Assembly (NCBI GenBank): GCA_009914755.4
Contig: CP086569.2
Location: 14,688,001 to 14,752,000, forward strand
Source of the DNA: the human T2T-CHM13v2.0 reference genome, Homo sapiens
Length of the DNA stretch: 64,000 nt
Direction of reading: 5' to 3'
This document shows positions 1-10,930 of the stretch, one piece after another (position 1 is the first letter of the stretch; each line of letters begins with the position of its first letter). A program made the translations under genes and the position numbers. The notes under the pieces are model-generated. The model saw nothing but the letters and a program-made list of their open reading frames with translations, did no database searches and had not been told where the DNA came from.

Positions 1-571
1 GCCCATCTTGCTAGATTGGGGAAGTTCTCCTGGATAATATCCTGCATAGTGTTTTCCAACTTGGTTCCATTCTCCCCATCACTTTCAGGTACACCAATCA
101 GACGTAGATTTGGTCTTTTCACATAGTCCGATATTTCTTGGAGGCTTTGTTTCTTTTTATTCTTTTTTCTCTAAAATTCTCTTCTCCCTTCATTTCATTC
201 ATTTGATCTTCCATCACTGATACCCTTTCTTCCAGTTGATCAAATCGGCTACTGAGGCTTGTGCTTTCATCATGTAGTTCTCGTTACTTGGTTTTCAGCT
301 CCATCATGTCCTTTAAGGACTTCTCTGCATTGGTTATTCTAGTTAGCCATTCATCTAATTTTTTTTCAAGGTTTTTAACTTATTTGCCACGGGTTTGAAC
401 TTCCTCCTTTAGCTCAGAGTAGTTTGATCATCTGAAGCCTTCTTCTCTTAACTCGTCAAAGTCATTCTCTGTCCAGCTTTGTTCTGTTGCTGGTGAGGAG
501 CTGCGTTTCTTTGGAGGAGAGGTGCTCTGATTTTTAGAGTTTCCAGTTTTTCTGCTGTGTTTTTTCCCCAT
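1..571 (-). pseudogene. L1 ORF1 (N-terminal part) disrupted by an in-frame TGA at codon 48 (+ strand 430..428)
   Basis: I reverse-complemented 428..571 base by base: ATG GGG AAA AAA CAC AGC AGA AAA ACT GGA ... GAA GAA GGC TTC AGA TGA. In L1HS this codon is CGA (Arg, EEGFRR), a typical CpG transition. This is consistent with the ORF track listing no minus-strand ORF here. Confidence 0.8.
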
Positions 572-1599
572 CTTTGTGGTTTTATCTACCTTTGGTCTTT
601 GATGATTGTGATGTACAGATGGGGTTTTAGTTTGGATGTCCTTTCTGTTTGATAGTTTTCCTTCTAACAGTCAGGACCCGCAGCTGCAGGTCTGTTGTAG
701 TTTGCCGGAGGTCCACTCCAGACCCTGTTTGCCTGCGTATCAGCAGTGGAGGCTGCAGAAGAGCAGATATTGATGCATGGCAAATGTTGCTTCCTGATCA
801 TTCCTCTGGAAGTTTTGTTTCAGAGGAGTACCCGGCTGTATGAGGTGTCAGTTTGCCTCTACTTGGGCGTGTCTTCCCGTTACATTACTCGGGGGTCAGG
901 GACTCACTTGAGGAGGCAGTCTGTCTGTTCTCAGATCTCCAGCTGCATGCTGGGAGAACCACTACTCTCTTCAAAGCTGTCATACAGGGACATTTAAGTC
1001 TGCAGAGTATTCTGCTGCCTTTTGTGTGGCAATGCCCTGCCTCCAGAGGTGCAGTCTACAGAGACAGGCAGGCCTCCTTGAGCTGCAGTGGGCTCCACCC
1101 AGTTTGAACTTCCTTGCTGCTTTGTTTACCTACTCAAGCCTGGGCAATGGCGGGCGCCCCTCCCCCAGCCTCGCTGCCACCTTGCAGTTTGATCTCAGAC
1201 TGCTGTGCTAGCAATGAGTGAGGCTTCATGGGCATAGGACCCTCTGAGCCAGGCGTGGGATATAATCTCCTGGTGTGCTGTTTGCAAAGACTACTGGAAA
1301 CGTGCAGTATTAGGGTGGGAGTGACCCGATTTTCCAGGTGCCATCTGTCACACCTTTCTTTGACTAGGAAAGGGAATTCCTTGACCCCTTGCACTTCCTG
1401 GGTGAGGCAATGCCTCACCCTGCTTTGCCTCGCACTCAGTGCGCTGCACCCACTGTCCTGCATGCAGTTTCTGACACTCCCCAGTGAGATGAACCCGGTA
1501 CCTCAGATGGAAATGCAGAAATCACCCGTCTTCTGCATTGCTCATGCTGGGAGCTGTAGACTGGAGTTGTGCCTATTCAGCCATCTTGGCTCCACCACC
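1..1599 (-). mobile_element. L1PA-family LINE-1, 5' portion (complete 5'UTR plus the first ~570 nt of ORF1); the element continues past the left edge of the window
   Basis: The reverse complement of 1572..1599 reads ggtggtggagccaagatggctgaatagg, the canonical L1 5' terminus including the YY1 core caagatggc. The downstream reverse complement follows the L1PA 5'UTR consensus. The ORF1 ATG sits at 571..569 (reverse complement ...aagatggggaaaaaa) and the ORF continues towards position 1 (…NTLQ.IIQENFP region at 1..60). Confidence 0.9.
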
Positions 1600-2790
1600 T
1601 TTGATGATGATTTTCATTCTTCACAAGAACTTTGAAACGGAGTTGACATTTTTTTTAAAGACATTTCTGTTGTATCTTTCAACTCTCTGGCAGTCAGCTT
1701 AGCACTAAAGTTCTTTTTAAAACTACAGGTGAAAAATAACTGCTGGTTACATTGAAACAATATATTCTTCTTGGATGAATATCTTTGAAAAATACAATTA
1801 TTTTATTTTCAGGAAAAGTACATCAATCTGGACTGAAGTTATAATGCACCTTAAGGGTTCTAGGACCTGCCCTTCCCACCCCGCAGATACCAAAATCTGA
1901 AGATTCTCAAGTTGTTGATATAAAATGGTGTGGCATTTTCACATAACCTGCAAATACCCTCTTATATATTTTAAATTATTTATACATTACTTACATCTAA
2001 TACAATGCAAATGCTATGTAAACAGCTATTACACTATTATTTAGGGAATGATGATAAGAAAAGTCTGGCATTTGCTGTTCTATGAATTTTCTTTTGGTGG
2101 CTTTATGCACTGTATAAAAATATAATTAGTATTATTATTTCTTAAATAATGTGTATTTGATCCAAAATACAAGCTTTTTTCAGTTTTTGATGTTATCATG
2201 CCAATCTTCTGGATATTTACTTCATGGGAAACAAAATAAGCTTCCTAAAATGTCCACCCAGAGAACCTGAAACATTTCACCAGCTCAATCTATTTATGTC
2301 ATTCTTTCCAGCTCTTCAGGACCTAAACACTAACGTGTAAATTCCTTTTATGTCTCTCTATTGCTTTCACTTATGTCTTTGATCAGTGCCATTTGTGAAA
2401 ACAATTTGCTCTGTGACAGGCACACTGCCACTTGCCAGAGAACCAATGGCAAGCACATGTTAGGGTAGGCACTGCTTCCAAAGCTTTTGCAGGCTGGGCG
2501 ACAGTTGATCATTACTATTAAAACAACACACACAATTTGCACTTGTCCACTGTGTGACAGAGTGCCTGGGAGATGTGCAAGATGCTATAAGAGCAAGCAA
2601 CAGAGGTATCTGTGGTAGTCAGGGTGATGGGATCTGGGAAGGCTTCTTGGACAAAGTGGCATTTTCTTTGAAGAAAGGACTCTACAGGAAGGCTGGTTGT
2701 CTAGAGACAAGTGTATTTCTATATGGTCAAAATTTTTTTTCCTATAGAATTCCATTAAATGAGAAATATTTATACAACACAGAGAGACAT

Positions 2791-2955
2791 TTTTTTCTTT
2801 TCTTTTCTGAGACAAAATTTCGCTGTTGTCGCCCCAGCCGGAGTGCAGTAGTGTGATGTTGGCTCACTGAAACCTCCACTTCCCAGGTTCAAGCGATTCT
2901 CCTGCCTCACCCTTCCAAAGTACTGGGATGACAGCATGAGTCACCATGCCCAGCC
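2791..2955 (-). mobile_element. Alu with an internal deletion between the two similar 'cctcagcctcccaagtagctgggattacagg' regions; about 165 bp remain
   Basis: A poly-T is followed by gagacaaaatttcgctgttgtcgccccagccggagtgcagt...ggttcaagcgattctcctgcctcacccttccaaagtactgggatgacagcatgagtcaccatgcccagcc, which is the reverse complement of the Alu consensus. Confidence 0.8.
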
Positions 2956-3084
2956 AAGACATTTTTCCTCGGTTAATGAAAAGACTTTTTACTGAGGATA
3001 TTCCGTAACATTTGAAAGAAATCTTATGTACAACAGATATATGAAGAAAGACTTCCCCGTGAACCTTTTAAATAGACTTTTTAT

Positions 3085-3370
3085 TTTTTAGAGCAATTTT
3101 AGGTTCACAGCAATTGAGCAGAAAGTACAGAGAATATCCACATACTCTGCACCCACCATGCACAGCTTCTCCCATTACCAACATCCCCCACCAGAGTGGG
3201 ATATTTGTGACAATGGATGAACCTACATTGACACATCATCATCATCAGGGTCTGTAGTTTACATACACTTCACTCTTGGTGTTGTATGGTCTATGGGTTT
3301 GGACAAATATATAATGACTTGTATCCATAGTTCCATATATCCCTAGTTCCATGTATTGCTTTAAAATAAC
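3085..3370 (+). mobile_element. Old L1 (L1PB/L1MA-type) 3'UTR fragment
   Basis: ttttagagcaattttaggttcacagcaa.tgagcagaaagtacagag...ccaccagagtgg.atatttgt.acaatggatgaacctacattgacacatcat...ggtgttgta.ggtctatgggtttggacaaatatataatgac.tgtatcca matches the 3'-end consensus of older primate L1 subfamilies. Confidence 0.6.
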
Positions 3371-3838
3371 TTAAACCAAGCGTGGACACAAAATTGTCCA
3401 TTCAGGGTCACAGGCAATTACTTGTAGTGTCAAAGCATTGATTGGTATCTGAAGAAGGACTTCCCCTGGGGCAGAGTGTTGAAATGTATTGGATTCTTAC
3501 ATTTTTTGATTGCTTTTCTGCTCAAAGAGCACCACATGTAAGTAATGTAGGTGTATTGTGGTGGAATAATGTCATGCACACCTGGACTAAACAAAGTGGC
3601 CAGCATTTATTGGGGGCTTACTGGCATCCCTGATGCTAGTGAGCAGGGTTCTTAGAAGTTCTTAGTGGAGATAAATAGTATAACACCTGATGATTGATAC
3701 AGGTAAAAGCACAGAATGGCTTCAAAACCTTGGCATGGAGGCAATTATTTTAAGAAAAACAGGAAACTCAAAATCCAAAAAGGAACTAGGGATGCATTTT
3801 GAGGGAAAATATATAAGTGCATGCATAGCTATGTGCGT

Positions 3839-3852
3839 CTGTGTGTGTGTGC
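3839..3852. repeat. Short (GT)n microsatellite
   Basis: gtctgtgtgtgtgtgc. Confidence 0.6.
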
Positions 3853-4204
3853 ATATAAAATCTCCTTGTGGAAAAACATCATGAATAAATGCAAAAGATG
3901 AATGAAGTGCTGGAGAATTTTTGCAATAGACAAATGATCATTTAACTTAAGTGGTACTAATACTTGCTAAAGTTGATTTTAACATATTGAACAATCCACA
4001 ATAGATATGGTAAAAGAGACAGACTATAGATGGTAAAGGAAAACAAATGCCCAGTCAGATAAAATTAAAGCAAAATGCTAATATGATTGCCCACTCATCA
4101 TGTTGGCAAATGTTGAAACATTGCTATCACCCAAGGAAAAAACAGGATGGAAAGGCCTTCCCTTTTTTATTGCAAATTTTAATTGTATTTTAGTATTTGC
4201 TTAA

Positions 4205-4600
<396 letters not shown>

Positions 4601-4695
4601 TAGGGTATTATCCATTGTGAGTTGGGAGACATTAAGTCAAGGATTACTCCACAATGGCTAAAGACAATGCTAATGGCAAATGATAACATAATCAG

Positions 4696-4858
4696 ATGGT
4701 TTCTGCTAGCTTTGCCCACTATTCCAGCCTAGCATAACCTGAATTAAAAGATCTCAGCCAGAGAAAAAACATGAACAAAATCTTAGTTATGTGGAATGCA
4801 GAAATTCTAATGTTCAAGATAAAGAATCATAGTCCAAAAATTTGTTACGTCACTTCAG
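4696..4858 (+). repeat. Copy A of a ~160-bp dispersed repeat (unassigned family); copy B is at 8425..8579
   Basis: gatggtttctgctagctttgcccactattccagcctagcataacctgaattaaaagatctcagccagagaaaaaacatgaacaaaatcttagttatgtggaatgcagaaattctaatgttcaagataaagaatcatagtccaaaaatttgttac aligns collinearly with 8425..8579 at roughly 88% identity. The flanks do not match. Confidence 0.7.
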
Positions 4859-5361
4859 TAATAACTAAGGATTTAAAAAATCGTGTGCTAAACATTTTGA
4901 TAAGTACTTTACATGGATTATCTTTTTAATCATTCCAAGCAGCCTATGACATGCTGTCTTCACTAATTTTAAAAAATCATTCTAATCATAATAATCATTT
5001 ATGCTTGCTTGCCATTGCCCCAAATATTTCTTTGTAATGACGGAGTTTTTCATTTTTTTGATTAGTAGAATATTTTACTTGAATGAAAATATCTTGGTCA
5101 AGGCAATGCACTGATATTAATTCCCAATTTAAAATATTGGTTTCCTTCTGATTTTGATGGGTGTGTATAGGTCAATAGTATGTGGAGCACTGAATTCCAG
5201 GAAAGAAGAAAAATCCGTGTGGGGCAGGGCAGGGGGGTTTACATTTTGAAGGGGAGGTTGGGCAGCTGAAGACAATCTCTGCTGCATCCTTTGTGCTTTT
5301 GTTGTTGAAATTTGGCCATTCAACCTACACAGTAGAAGGGAACGAAAGAAAGCTAATCAAG

Positions 5362-5733
5362 GTGTTTATTAGTCTGTTCTCACACTACTGATAAAGACAT
5401 ACCTGAAACTGGGTAATTTATAAAGAAAAAGAGGTTTCATGGACTCACAGTTCCGCATGGCTAAGGAGGCCTCACAATCATGGTGGAAGGTGAAAGAGGA
5501 GCAAAGGCATGTCTTACATGGTGGCAGGCAAGAGAGTGTGTGTGGGGGGGAAACTGCCCTTTATAAAACTATCAGATCTCATGAGATTTATTCAGTATCA
5601 CAAGAATAGCATGGGAAAAACCCACCCCCAGGATTCAGTTATCTCCCACAGGGTCCTTCCCACATCACATGGCAATTGTGGGAACTACAGTTCAAGATGA
5701 GATTTGGGTGGGGACACAGCCAAACCATAACAA
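5362..5733 (-). mobile_element. MaLR LTR (THE1/MST family), solo LTR
   Basis: The reverse complement ends ...ggacacagccaaaccatatca (THE1 start tgatatggtttggctgtgtcc). The window reads ttattagtctgttctcacactactgataaagacatacctgaaactgggtaatttataaagaaaaagaggtttcatggactcacagttccgcatggctaaggaggcctcacaatcatgg, which is the reverse complement of the THE1/MST 3' end. Confidence 0.8.
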
Positions 5734-6069
5734 GGTGTGTCCTGCACAGGGCTTCTCAGGACTCTAATTCTCTAATTTTGTTTTAATTAACTCTTTAATA
5801 TTTGCGAAATTAAAAAAAAAAATATTTCCAGAGATAACATCTTCTGTAATGAAAATCCTGCAATCTACTTTCTGTCCTTTTACCTGATCTCCCCTCCTAT
5901 TCATTACTCCATCCCATCCATCTGAACTGCTGCTTCCTCAACATACATTATTTAGGACTGTTGGACCAATCTTCGTCTCTCCTTTCAAGGTTATAAATCT
6001 GGAAATTCCTTCAAAATTGAGTGTGCATCTTGCTCCTTTCTTCACCTGTGGCTTTACCTGTTGGGTTAT

Positions 6070-6238
6070 TTACCACTGAGGTTAATCACTGGCTTTGTCA
6101 CTCTGCATATTTTACTTGATTTCCCTAACTACAGGTTTCTTAATTGTAAAATGAATAAATGAAACCTATGTCATTTTGTGGGATGATTACATAGGGTGAG
6201 TATGTAAAATATCAAGGCACATATCTGCCACATAGATT
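6070..6238 (+). mobile_element. MIR (ancient SINE) fragment
   Basis: ttacttgatttccctaactacaggtttcttaattgtaaaatgaataaatgaaacctatgtcattttgtgggatgattacatagggtgagtatgtaaaatatcaaggcacatatctgccacatag parallels the MIR core ttacttaacctctctgagcctcagtttcctcatctgtaaaatggggataataatagtacctacctcatagggttgttgtgaggattaaatgag...gcctggcacatag. Confidence 0.45.
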
Positions 6239-6243
6239 TGGTC

Positions 6244-6263
6244 ACTATAATAATAATAATAAT
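6244..6263. repeat. (ATA)n microsatellite
   Basis: ataataataataataatta. Confidence 0.6.
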
Positions 6264-6994
6264 TATAGTCAAGGTATATTGCTGCATTAGTGATATTTTT
6301 GTCAACCTATTGACAACGGTTGCCATGCCTACTTTTGGAACCCCAGGCAACAGTTGCCATGTCTACTTTGGGAACTTCAGTCACCCTTCCATGCCCTCAG
6401 AAATGTGCCTTCTGTATGAAGACCAAATGCTGCACTCCCTTGCTAATGTGATACAGACAGGTAAAGAGGAAAAATAGAGTCTTGTCCCCAGGAAACAGCC
6501 TAGTTGATCAATGAAGACACAGACAAAAATAAAGTATATCATTCAGCAGGAAAGGGTGTGATAAGACCCCAAAGAGGAAGACAGTAAGTGCAGAGATAGC
6601 TGAGGGTCCCCTGATCTCATCCAGAGATAAGATCCTGCTCTTCTGCCTAGGAAGAGAAACATCTGGAAGGGAAGGAGGTCTCATTTGTGCCCATGTCAAG
6701 GATTCTAGACCAAGGAGCAGGACCCCGCTGACCTGACTCAAGAAGACTCAAAGCCTTCAAACCAAGATGGTGCTGAAAAAGACCTTCAGGAACTGGCTTT
6801 GACCTAGTTCCAAGGTCTGAGGCTGTCCACTTCAGCCCTGAGTCTCTTTAGAATGTGCCTCATTGCTTCCCATTACTGGATGGAGAGGAGCTTGGAACCC
6901 TCAAGTTGAGTCCAGGATGTGCTCAGACAGGTGTGGTCCTTGGAAGTCCCGGCAGGAGCTAACACTGCACAGGGGAAGCAGGGGAAGTTTTAAC

Positions 6995-7103
6995 TATGAA
7001 ACCCCTCTAGCATATAGCCCTAATATTTGTTTCTTCTCAGCCTTAACTCCCAATAATTCCTTCACATACCTAGGGTTTTAGCCAATCATATGAACCTACA
7101 CAC
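6995..7103 (+). repeat. Left arm of a ~110-bp inverted repeat; the partner arm is 7567..7679
   Basis: tatgaaacccctctagcatatagccctaatatttgtttcttctcagccttaactcccaataattccttcacatacctagggttttagccaatcatatgaacctacaca matches the reverse complement of 7567..7679 (tatgaaacccctcgaccatatagccctactttttactccttctcagccttaactcccaataattcctacacattctcaggattttagccagtctcctaagaacctacaca) at roughly 82% identity. Confidence 0.75.
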
Positions 7104-7566
7104 TGGGCAGCAAGCTGAGAGTGGCCATCATGTAGGAAATTCTGCAGAGCTGCTCTGCCCCAGCCCCCAGCATCCACATGCTGTGCTGCTCAATGCCTAG
7201 CCCTTTCTTTTTGCAGTTGTCACCCTGTTTATGACCATGCCCCTCTGTGAACTTTTAGCTTGTTACCAAGCCAATGGCTCCCTTTATAAAACCTCAATTT
7301 TATAAAAGGGAATATTATGCCCTATTAAATATGTTCTCTTAACACTTCATTTTCCAGTGATTAAAACGTGCCTACCATTTGTCCAGCGCTAGCCTCTGCC
7401 CAATTGAATTACTTCTCTCATGTAATCCCTGCCAAAAATTGTAGTGAAATCCACCCCAGGCTGTTTGTAATGCGTCTCCAGCTTCAGTCCTTGCTTGTTT
7501 CGATGAGGGGCATGGACGTGGGGGAAAAGATGAGGGCCCAGGTGTGGACGTACACAACTCAGTAGG

Positions 7567-7679
7567 TGGTGTGTAGGTTCTTAGGAGACTGGCTAAAATC
7601 CTGAGAATGTGTAGGAATTATTGGGAGTTAAGGCTGAGAAGGAGTAAAAAGTAGGGCTATATGGTCGAGGGGTTTCATA
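7567..7679 (-). repeat. Right arm of the inverted repeat (partner of 6995..7103)
   Basis: See the left-arm entry. The spacer is about 460 bp, with weaker similarity possibly extending inward (for example ccatgcccctc at 7238 against the reverse complement of 7505). Confidence 0.75.
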
Positions 7680-7982
7680 CTTAAAGCATTCATATGGGGC
7701 TGAGATCTTTTAAGCCAGTAATCTTCACATTGAAGAAGAAGATTGCCAATTCTATAGAGTTGAGATTTATTTAGTGGTTTGGGGGATCCTATAATTAAAC
7801 CATTATTGGGAAGGGACATATTCAGATATATTATTGGCAGTGGATGGGCACAATGTGGTATATTCATATAGCTGAATCTGACGGTCAAAAAAGATGAAGT
7901 ACTAATATATACTGCAATGTACATGAAGCAAGATTGCTGTAGCATTTAGCATCAAGAAGGCAACACATATTGTATAATTTCG

Positions 7983-8233
7983 TTTATATAAAATGCCCAG
8001 AAGAGGCAAATAGATAAAGACAGAAAGTAGATTAGTGTTTGCCAGGGTAAGGCAAATAGTGGGAAGACAGAATGGGAGTGACTACAAATAGGTCCAGGTT
8101 TCTTTTTGGGCTGATGAAAATGTTCTACAATTAGATAGTGGTGATGGTTGCATAGCTTTCTGAATATACTCAAATTGTACAGTTTAAATGAGTGCATTTT
8201 GTGAATTGTATCTCAATAAACTTGTTATTAAAG
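7983..8233 (+). mobile_element. Old L1 (L1M/L1P-type) 3' end fragment; it may extend upstream to about 7700
   Basis: tttatataaaatgcccagaagaggcaaatagataaagacagaaagtagattagtgtttgccaggg...gggagtgactacaaataggtccaggtttctttttgggctgatgaaaatgttctacaattagatagtggtgatggttgcatag...tgtacagtttaaatgagtgcattttgtgaattgtatctcaataaa is the classic old-L1 3'-terminal sequence (gttgccaggg…gatgaaaatgttct..a.tagatagtggtgatggttgcaca…ctcaataaa). Confidence 0.65.
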
Positions 8234-8424
8234 TATTTTCTAAAAGATTTTTTTGATTCAATTTTCTTTTCTCATAACTGCAAACACATGTCATCTTGCT
8301 GTATCGATACTGGTATCCTTCATATTAAAATTTTAGACGTTCAAACATAGGAAATGGGTGATTTTATCTCATTTCCACCTTGAACTTCAGAGAACTAGAG
8401 GTCATGACATCTTAGCTGTTGGGT

Positions 8425-8579
8425 GATGTTTTCTGCTAGCTTTACCACGTATTCCAGCCTAGCATAACCTGACTTAAGAGATCCCAACCAGAGAAAAATA
8501 CATGACCAAAATCTTAGTTATGTGGAATGCAGAAATCCTAATGTTCAAGATAATGAATTACAGTCCAAAAATTTGTTAC
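8425..8579 (+). repeat. Copy B of the ~160-bp dispersed repeat (see 4696..4858)
   Basis: gatgttttctgctagctttaccacgtattccagcctagcataacctgacttaagagatcccaaccagagaaaaatacatgaccaaaatcttagttatgtggaatgcagaaatcctaatgttcaagataatgaattacagtccaaaaatttgttac. Confidence 0.7.
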
Positions 8580-8749
8580 ATACTGAGTGTATCTATTGTT
8601 TCATTTAGTTATCCCAGTGACCTGATGTATGAGATATTGCTGATATGCTTGCTTTATATGTGAATAAACTGAAGCTTGGGGATGTGAAGTCCGTTGTCTG
8701 TGATCATATGTTTGGTGAAAGAGTAAGAGAAGGCTTTCCACATGAGATT

Positions 8750-9109
8750 TGATGTGGTTTGGATTTGTGTCCCTGCCCAAATCTCATGTCAAATTGGAAG
8801 GATGGGAGGTAATTGGATCATGGGGGCAGATTTCCTCCTTGCTGTTCTCATGATAGTGAGTGAGTTCTCATGAGATCTGATGGCTTAAAAGTGCATAGTA
8901 CTTCCCTTTCCACTCTCTCTCTCTTACTCTGCCATGGTAAGATGTGCTTGCATCTCCTCTGCTTTCTGCATGATTGTAAATTTCCTGAGTCTCTCTGGCC
9001 ACACTTCCTGTTAAGCATGCAGAACTGTGAGTTAATGATATCTCTTTTCTTCATAAAATACCCAGTTTTAGGTAGTTCTTTATAGCAGTGTAAGAACAGA
9101 CTAATACAG
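8750..9109 (+). mobile_element. MaLR LTR (THE1/MST-like), solo LTR
   Basis: It starts tgatgtggtttggatttgtgtccctgcccaaatctcatgtcaaattggaaggatgggaggtaattggatcatgggggcagatttcctccttgctgttctcatgatagtgagtgagttctcatgagatctgatggcttaaaagtg and ends ...cataaaatacccagttttaggtagttctttatagcagtgtaagaacagactaatacag. This matches the THE1/MST consensus end to end. Confidence 0.85.
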
Positions 9110-9966
9110 GATTTTTCTCCCGATCCCAAACTCTTATTTCTGTAAATTGGTTGACAGCAAAAGCATCCACAGTGCATAAGTTGTAAATTTCCCAAAGTGC
9201 TGATTGTTGGCAGACTGTCTAGTGTTCATTTTCCTGCTTCACTGCTCAAAACACCAAAGTTGCCTCAGACCCTTTTTCATTTCAGACAGCTTGGAATCTT
9301 TACTATTTTATGTGTCTTTGTTTACAGAATGAAATCAGTGACAAAATGAGACTTACATTACAAACACATTTTCTATCACTGAAAGTGAGGCACATCAGGT
9401 TTTGCAAGATTGGGCGTTTGTTAAAATGCAAATATTCAAAAATTATATGCATAAATTATAATTTTAAATTAGAAATCTGTGTATGTGTAGCTTTGTATTA
9501 GAAAAGTGTATAATGGGTCAACATTTTTTCTTTTTCTTTTTGCAGAACAGTGGTTCCCTGCTTTGGTGCCAGAATCACAAGTGATGTTCTAAGGTAGATT
9601 TCCTATACCTGTATGAATGGTGCAAAAACTTCTAATTTGGGAATAATTATAGTTTCACAGAAGTCACAAAGCACAAAGAAATCACGTGTATCCAGTTTCC
9701 ACCAATGGTTGCACTTTAAGTAGTTGTAAACAATATCAAAAGCACAAAATTGACATGCATGCAATGTATGTATATAATTTTGTGACATTTTATCACATGT
9801 AAGATTTGATTTGGGTAGTTATCACTGCCATCAATTTACAGGTGTCAGTGGTTCTATATACTACCTTATTTTATGTTTTGTTTGTAATTTCCTGTTAAAA
9901 AGCATTAAGGAGAAAATGTTTTCTGGTTAGGCCAGAGAGGATTTCATGTATTCCATTTACACTTAG

Positions 9967-10314
<348 letters not shown>

Positions 10315-10616
10315 AATAATTTGCTTTTTAATAAAACAGACTCTTTTCCATTTTTGAGTATTCTTTTCTGCACACTAAAGAACATGATAAACTTTCTTAT
10401 CTTACTTATTTATATGTTTGATATAATACATTTCTTACCTCAATCCCAATACACCACAATTTTTCCTTTTTTAATATTTATATGATAATGCTCCAGCTCC
10501 AGTCTGAAGTACATTTTATAATAAGATTGTATTAATGAGTAAAGTTTACAAAGTTTGCTAAAAATTTTGCAGCAACTTTGGGATCATAATAATGTTTGAT
10601 AAAATTTATTTCATGG

Positions 10617-10899
10617 GGCTGGGCATGGTGGCTCATGCCTGTAATCCCAGCACTTTTGGAGGCTGAGGTGGGTGGATCACAAGGTTAGGAGATCGAGAAC
10701 ATCCTGGCTAACACAGAGAAAATTTACCTCTAATAAAAATACAAAAAATTAGCTAGGTGTGGCGGTAGGTGCCTGTGTCTCAGCTACTTGGGAGGCTGAG
10801 GCAGAAGAATGGCATGAACCTGGGAGGAGGAGGTTGCAGTGAGCCGAGATGGTGCCACTGCACTCCAGTCTGGGTGACAGAGCAGGACTCCATCTCAAA

Positions 10900-10916
<17 letters not shown>
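10617..10916 (+). mobile_element. Full-length Alu with a poly-A tail, followed by (CA)8 at 10917..10932
   Basis: ggctgggcatggtggctcatgcctgtaatcccagcacttttggaggctgaggtgggtggatcacaaggttaggagatcgagaacatcctggctaacacagagaaaat...ctgggtgacagagcaggactccatctcaaaaaaaaaaaaaaaaaaaa. Confidence 0.9.

Positions 10917-10930
<14 letters not shown>

Noticed and set aside
7690-7982. Upstream extension of the old L1 3' end (7983..8233)
   Set aside because: It is probably part of the same L1 (ORF2 3' region), but I could not align it convincingly by eye. Only the diagnostic 3'-terminal 250 bp is reported.
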